From the NCBI GenBank assembly GCA_023137195.1, contig JAGLPV010000015.1:39168-103167 (forward strand): DNA of 64,000 bases. Reading direction: 5' to 3'. The position numbers and the translations under genes are program-made. Source of the DNA: Candidatus Aenigmatarchaeota archaeon. Its GTDB lineage: Archaea > EX4484-52. Of this stretch, positions 59,574 through 64,000 are shown in pieces; within the stretch, counting starts at the first letter, position 1, and each line of letters begins with the position of its first letter. Under the pieces are notes generated by a model. The model ran no database searches and was not told where the DNA came from. It saw only the letters and a list, made by a program, of their open reading frames with translations.

Positions 59574-61334
59574 ATGTATGTACTAGGAATAAGTTGTTTT
59601 TATCATGACTCATCTGCGTGTCTTTTAAAAGATGGAAAAATTGTTGCAGCTGTAGAAGAAGAGAGATTCAGCCGTAAAAAACATGACAATTCTTTTCCAA
59701 TTAATGCAATAAACTATTGTCTGGACAGCCAAAAAATAAATATTGATAAAATTGACCATATTGGATTTTATGAAAAACCATTCTTAAAATTTGAGCGAAT
59801 ATTATATCAACATCTTGAAATGTTTCCATTAAGCCTGAAAACATTTGTTGCTTCTATGCCATCTTGGCTGAATGAAAAAATAAGAGTTGTAAAAATAATA
59901 AAGAAACAATTAAAATACAAAGGAGATGTTATGTTTATAGAACATCATATGGCTCATGCGGCAAGTTCTTTTTTGGTATGCCCTTTTGAAAAAGCGGCCA
60001 TATTGACGGTAGATGGTGTGGGCGAATGGGCTACAACAACATACGGCTTGGGGAATAAAAGCAATATTCATTTAATGAAAGAAATCAAATTTCCTCATTC
60101 TTTAGGCTTACTTTATTCAACAATTACTGCATATTTAGGATTTAGTGTCAATAATTCAGAATACAAAGTAATGGGTCTGAGTCCCTATGGACAGATGAAC
60201 AAAGAAAAAAACAAATATTACCGGAAATTGCAGAAAGTCATTGACATAAAAGAAGACGGCAGCTATAAATTAGACATGAGTTATTTTACATATCATTACA
60301 AAGATAGGATGCCATCTAAAAAATTATGCGATTTGTTAGAAGGACCAATATATAAAAGAGACAGTAAAGTGACACAAAAGCACAAAGATATTGCAGCGGC
60401 AGTTCAGTTGATAACTGAAGACACGATAATGAAGATGTTAACTCATCTCTATAATGAAACAAAATGCCAAAATCTTGTAATGGCTGGTGGCGTCGCATTA
60501 AATAGTGTCTGCAATGGTAAAATACTAAAAAATACGCCTTTCAAAAAAATATGGATACAGCCAAATGCATCTGATGGAGGAACGAGTATTGGCGTCGCAT
60601 GTTATATTTACAATACGATTTTTAAAAAGAAAAGAAATTATATTATGACAAATGCTTTTTTGGGACCAGAATATTCAGACAAAGAGACAAAAGATTTTTT
60701 GGATAAAAACAAAATAAAATATACTTCATTCAAAGATGAAAAAGATTTGGTAAAAACAACAGCAAAATTAATATATGACAATAATGTCATTGGATGGTTT
60801 CGAGGAAGAATGGAATGGGGACCGAGGGCATTGGGCTCACGGAGTATTTTATCTGATCCAACTAATCCAAATATGCAGGAAATATTAAACTCAAAAGTAA
60901 AACACAGAGAGAAATTCAGACCCTTTGCGCCCGTGGTGTGTGAGGACGATGCACTTGAATATTTTGATTGCGATAAGCCTGTTCCTGAACCAACAGATTA
61001 TATGCTTATGGTTTATCCTGTGTTTAAGAAATGGCACAAAAAGATACCTTCTGTCACGCATGTTGATGGAAGTGGGAGGCTCCAGACAATAAGGCGTTCC
61101 CAGAATGAGTTGTATTATGATGTAATTAAAGAATTTGGCAAACATTCGAAGATACCTATATTGATTAATACCTCTTTCAATATCCGGGGCGAGCCGATTG
61201 TGTGCACCCCTTTTGATGCATATAAATGTATGATGGGCACCGGCATTGATTATTTGGTAATGAACAAATATCTTGTAAAAAGAGAGGATAATCCACAAGA
61301 TATGTGGGATTGTGAAAAATATGCGAGAGATTAA
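59574..61334 (+). CDS. O-carbamoyltransferase (NodU/CmcH/SxtI family)
   Basis: HDSSA, EEERFSRKKH, EHHMAHA, GGVALN, GPRALG, FRPFAP, NTSFN. Confidence 0.95.
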   Translation: MYVLGISCFYHDSSACLLKDGKIVAAVEEERFSRKKHDNSFPINAINYCLDSQKINIDKIDHIGFYEKPFLKFERILYQHLEMFPLSLKTFVASMPSWLNEKIRVVKIIKKQLKYKGDVMFIEHHMAHAASSFLVCPFEKAAILTVDGVGEWATTTYGLGNKSNIHLMKEIKFPHSLGLLYSTITAYLGFSVNNSEYKVMGLSPYGQMNKEKNKYYRKLQKVIDIKEDGSYKLDMSYFTYHYKDRMPSKKLCDLLEGPIYKRDSKVTQKHKDIAAAVQLITEDTIMKMLTHLYNETKCQNLVMAGGVALNSVCNGKILKNTPFKKIWIQPNASDGGTSIGVACYIYNTIFKKKRNYIMTNAFLGPEYSDKETKDFLDKNKIKYTSFKDEKDLVKTTAKLIYDNNVIGWFRGRMEWGPRALGSRSILSDPTNPNMQEILNSKVKHREKFRPFAPVVCEDDALEYFDCDKPVPEPTDYMLMVYPVFKKWHKKIPSVTHVDGSGRLQTIRRSQNELYYDVIKEFGKHSKIPILINTSFNIRGEPIVCTPFDAYKCMMGTGIDYLVMNKYLVKREDNPQDMWDCEKYARD

Positions 61335-62457
61335 AAATAAAGAATTAAAGACAAACCTTTTCCTAATGATTGCTTCGGTGATCTTTTGTTTTTTACTTTT
61401 AGAAGCAATATTTATAATAGCAGATAATTATAACTATGGACATTCTTATATACCTCATAAATATGATGATAACTTGGGATGGAAATTCATTCCAAACACA
61501 TCTGGACACTACTACAGAAAAGAATTTGATGCAAAATATAATATAAATTCAGATGGTTTTGCTGATGATGATTTCTCAGTCAATAAAAATGTTAATGAAA
61601 AAAGAATATTTATTTTTGGAGATTCATTTATGGCAGCTATGGAAGTAGATATCACCAATACAACACACATGTTACTTGAAAAAAAACTAAAAGAATCTGA
61701 TGAAAATTTTGAAGTTTACAATTTTGGTATTCCTGGCTACGGTACAGATCAATATATGGTCGCTTTAAAAAAATACGCGCCCATTTACAAGCCGGATATT
61801 GTAATTTTTTCAATGCTTACAGCAAATGATTTAAAGAACATAGATTATGACATGGAATCTGAAAAATGTAAACCCTTCTTTAAATTAAATGAAAGTAAAT
61901 TGGAATTAATTCCTTTTGATTGTGATAAAACCAGACGTGAAAACATACGATTTTTAAGAAAATCAAATGTTTTGGATTTCATCTACAGACAGATAAGTGT
62001 TATCCGAATAAAAAGTTCAATTAATGACAATAAAAAACAAATTCCTATTAATTTCTATATTTATGAAAGCGGAAATCCGAAATTCAACGACAGTTTTTTA
62101 TTAAATGAAAAAATAATTTTGGAAGCAAAAAAATATTGCCAGACCATAGGCAGTGAATTTGTTTTAGTTGTTTTAACGAATTCTGTTCAAATTGATGAAG
62201 AAAAATGGAATAAGACGATGGAAGAATATCCTCTCATGAAAGATAAAGTCTGGAATTTAGAATATCCAGAAGAACGAATCAACCAATCATGTAAAAAAGA
62301 TAGCATAAATTGTCTTTTTTTATTAGAGCCATTTAAAGAACATACTGCTCAAACAGGAGATAAAATGCACTGGTATTATGACAGTCATTGGAATGATAAA
62401 GGACATAAACTTGCAGCAGAAGAAATACATAACTATTTAATTACTAAAATAATATAA
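61321..62457 (+). CDS. Membrane-anchored SGNH/GDSL hydrolase-like protein (SxtL/AlgX-like)
   Basis: N-terminal TM, FGDSF, NFGIPGYGTDQ, ND, DSHWNDKGH. Confidence 0.85.
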   Translation: MREIKNKELKTNLFLMIASVIFCFLLLEAIFIIADNYNYGHSYIPHKYDDNLGWKFIPNTSGHYYRKEFDAKYNINSDGFADDDFSVNKNVNEKRIFIFGDSFMAAMEVDITNTTHMLLEKKLKESDENFEVYNFGIPGYGTDQYMVALKKYAPIYKPDIVIFSMLTANDLKNIDYDMESEKCKPFFKLNESKLELIPFDCDKTRRENIRFLRKSNVLDFIYRQISVIRIKSSINDNKKQIPINFYIYESGNPKFNDSFLLNEKIILEAKKYCQTIGSEFVLVVLTNSVQIDEEKWNKTMEEYPLMKDKVWNLEYPEERINQSCKKDSINCLFLLEPFKEHTAQTGDKMHWYYDSHWNDKGHKLAAEEIHNYLITKII

Positions 62458-62466
62458 TGGATTCAT

Positions 62467-62628
62467 ATGTCAAAAAATAAATCATTACTCGCAGAAATTT
62501 GGGATTTTTTGAAGGTCAGAAAAAAATGGTGGCTTCTGCCAATAATAATTATTTTATTATTAGTAGGTACATTAATTATTTTGGGACAGAGTAGTGCTGT
62601 TTCTCCATTTATATATGTGTTGTTTTAA
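62467..62628 (+). CDS. 53-aa DUF5989/SxtK-like membrane peptide (absent from the ORF track)
   Basis: Hand translation MSKNKSLLAEIWDFLKVRKKWWLLPIIIILLLVGTLIILGQSSAVSPFIYVLF. Confidence 0.88.
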   Translation: MSKNKSLLAEIWDFLKVRKKWWLLPIIIILLLVGTLIILGQSSAVSPFIYVLF

Positions 62629-62712
62629 ATGCTGTGTCGCACTTTAACAGTACCGTAATCTTTTTTGCTGAAACTCATTTCCTTATACATATATTTCTCC
62701 TTTAATTTTATA

Positions 62713-62790
62713 ACCTAAGTTGACATCCAAGTGATGTAGGAAATCCATCCTATAGTTTGCAAAAAACAACTTTTTCTAATTTGACGTTTG
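62713..62790. mobile_element. Degenerate second copy of the IS right-end region
   Basis: AACCTAAGTTGACA...AGTTTGCAAAAAACAAC aligns with 62963-63050. Confidence 0.6.
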
Positions 62791-62964
62791 AGATGTAGAG
62801 TACAAACGCGTTTGTCCTAAAAGCGTACAAACACATATGTCTACTTTCACCTCAATAATAGTTGGTGAGTCTTATGGTGAAAGCAACCAGGACTATAAGG
62901 ACAAAAGCAGTTTTGTTTTATGTAGAACACACTAAGTCCAAGTCCACTAAGGATATCTATACAA

Positions 62965-64000
62965 CCTAAGTTTGACAGTTCAACATCTAAATAATCACGA
63001 AAACCCATTTGACAGTTTGCAAAAAACAACCTTTTTTCAGCAATTTCTCACGTAATTGCCTGATTTTGAACCAAAATCAACTCATTTATCGGGTCAAAAT
63101 TAGCATAAATAAACCTTTTTGAACACTTTTCGACAAATTCCACCGTAACTGTCAAATTCATTAAGCTTTTTTTGATGAATTTTGTTGAAGTATGCTTCAA
63201 TTCATCAAAATCATATCGCATCAGCGATATGAAAAGCTGTGCAATAAACCCAATTATCAAAGCCCCGTTAATGCTGTTCTCCGACCACACACGCAGTGGC
63301 TTTATTTCTATCTCATTTTTCAGCGAATGAAAAATCTTCTCAATTGAGTCCTTTTTCCTATATGTTTGGAGTGCCTCTAAAAGTGTCAAATTCTCGCTTG
63401 ATTTTAAGCAAAAAAATCCCTCACGACCTGTGATTGTTGCTTTTTCAACGAGATTTATCGCCTCTTTTTCACTAATTTTTCCCAACTTAGTTTGGTAGGA
63501 ATAGGTCACATCAACAAGCTTGTTGTTGATGCGGAACTTCTTTGGAAGTTCCCTGTTTTTGTTGATTGCATCCTGTATTTGTTTTGCCTCTTCAAACATC
63601 CTCTGCGCTTTTCTCTTCTTTGCTTCAAGTTGCTCTTTTTGCAACCCTTCAGAGAAATAGAAATAATCTATGCTATTTGGCTTTGTAAATTTCAAACCAT
63701 AAACCATGCGCTTTGCATCAATAAGTTCTGCTTTGGTTTTGTCAAATTCTTTTATTCGTTTGTCATCACTCTTGTTTAATTTCTTTGCAGTCAGGTATTT
63801 CATTTTATCCGCAAGGATAAGTTCTAGGTTATCCTTGCTGTTGGCTCCTTTGTCAAAAGTGACAAGAGAGCCTTTTTTAATCCTGCCTTTGATTTGATTA
63901 TACGTATCTTCAAAATGAGCCATGTCATTGACATTGCCTTCTTTTACTGTGAGACCAATAGGCACATGGATTGGGTCTGCAAGTTCAGTGATACCCATAG
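62965..64000 (-). mobile_element. IS1634-family element, truncated by the window end
   Basis: Transposase plus probable terminal CCTAAGTTTGACAG near 62965. Confidence 0.75.
63048..64000 (-). CDS. IS1634-family DDE transposase (3' part)
   Basis: GNVND, TFDKG, YRKKDSIEKIFHSLKNEIEIKPLRVW, IGFIAQL. Confidence 0.88.
   Translation of the reverse strand, partial: MGITELADPIHVPIGLTVKEGNVNDMAHFEDTYNQIKGRIKKGSLVTFDKGANSKDNLELILADKMKYLTAKKLNKSDDKRIKEFDKTKAELIDAKRMVYGLKFTKPNSIDYFYFSEGLQKEQLEAKKRKAQRMFEEAKQIQDAINKNRELPKKFRINNKLVDVTYSYQTKLGKISEKEAINLVEKATITGREGFFCLKSSENLTLLEALQTYRKKDSIEKIFHSLKNEIEIKPLRVWSENSINGALIIGFIAQLFISLMRYDFDELKHTSTKFIKKSLMNLTVTVEFVEKCSKRFIYANFDPINELILVQNQAIT

Noticed and set aside
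59574-62628. Saxitoxin biosynthesis cluster
   Set aside because: Core sxtA/sxtG/sxtB genes are absent and the context is glycan biosynthesis

Overview
AT-rich archaeal genomic window, probably a DPANN-like lineage (inferred from gene content, not verified). Archaeal markers include MCM, an RPA32-like protein, RNase P subunits Pop5/Rpp30/Rpp21, MBF1, AglB, type-2 IDI, thiolase, PEP synthase, tRNA-Ile(GAU) and an intron-containing tRNA-Tyr(GUA). Bases 1-4.4 kb hold a tandem array of four NosD/right-handed beta-helix surface proteins with PEF-CTERM-type tails. Bases 43-64 kb are a surface-glycan island (CDP-dideoxyhexose genes, glycosyltransferases, AsnB, an sxtI/J/K/L-like carbamoylation module, pseudogenes, IS1634-type elements). 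The most striking feature is a four-gene minus-strand operon at 24.6-29.0 kb. It encodes a 110-aa membrane-anchored peptide whose C-terminus is nine in-register aromatic-X-X triads (HAG WSN WAQ WCD WCD WSD WCN WTR HSN), a fused double radical-SAM protein (HxsC-like), an HxsB-like radical SAM/SPASM maturase and a prepilin-peptidase-like membrane protein. This is a candidate archaeal Trp-based version of the His-Xaa-Ser / triceptide-type RiPP system. Other items worth follow-up are a three-gene MCM-like cluster, a ~215-nt multi-hairpin element with four CUUACG loops abutting tRNA-Tyr, an orphan tRNA 5' fragment and an inverted-repeat-flanked cupin gene. All calls come from motif reading by eye; no searches were run.
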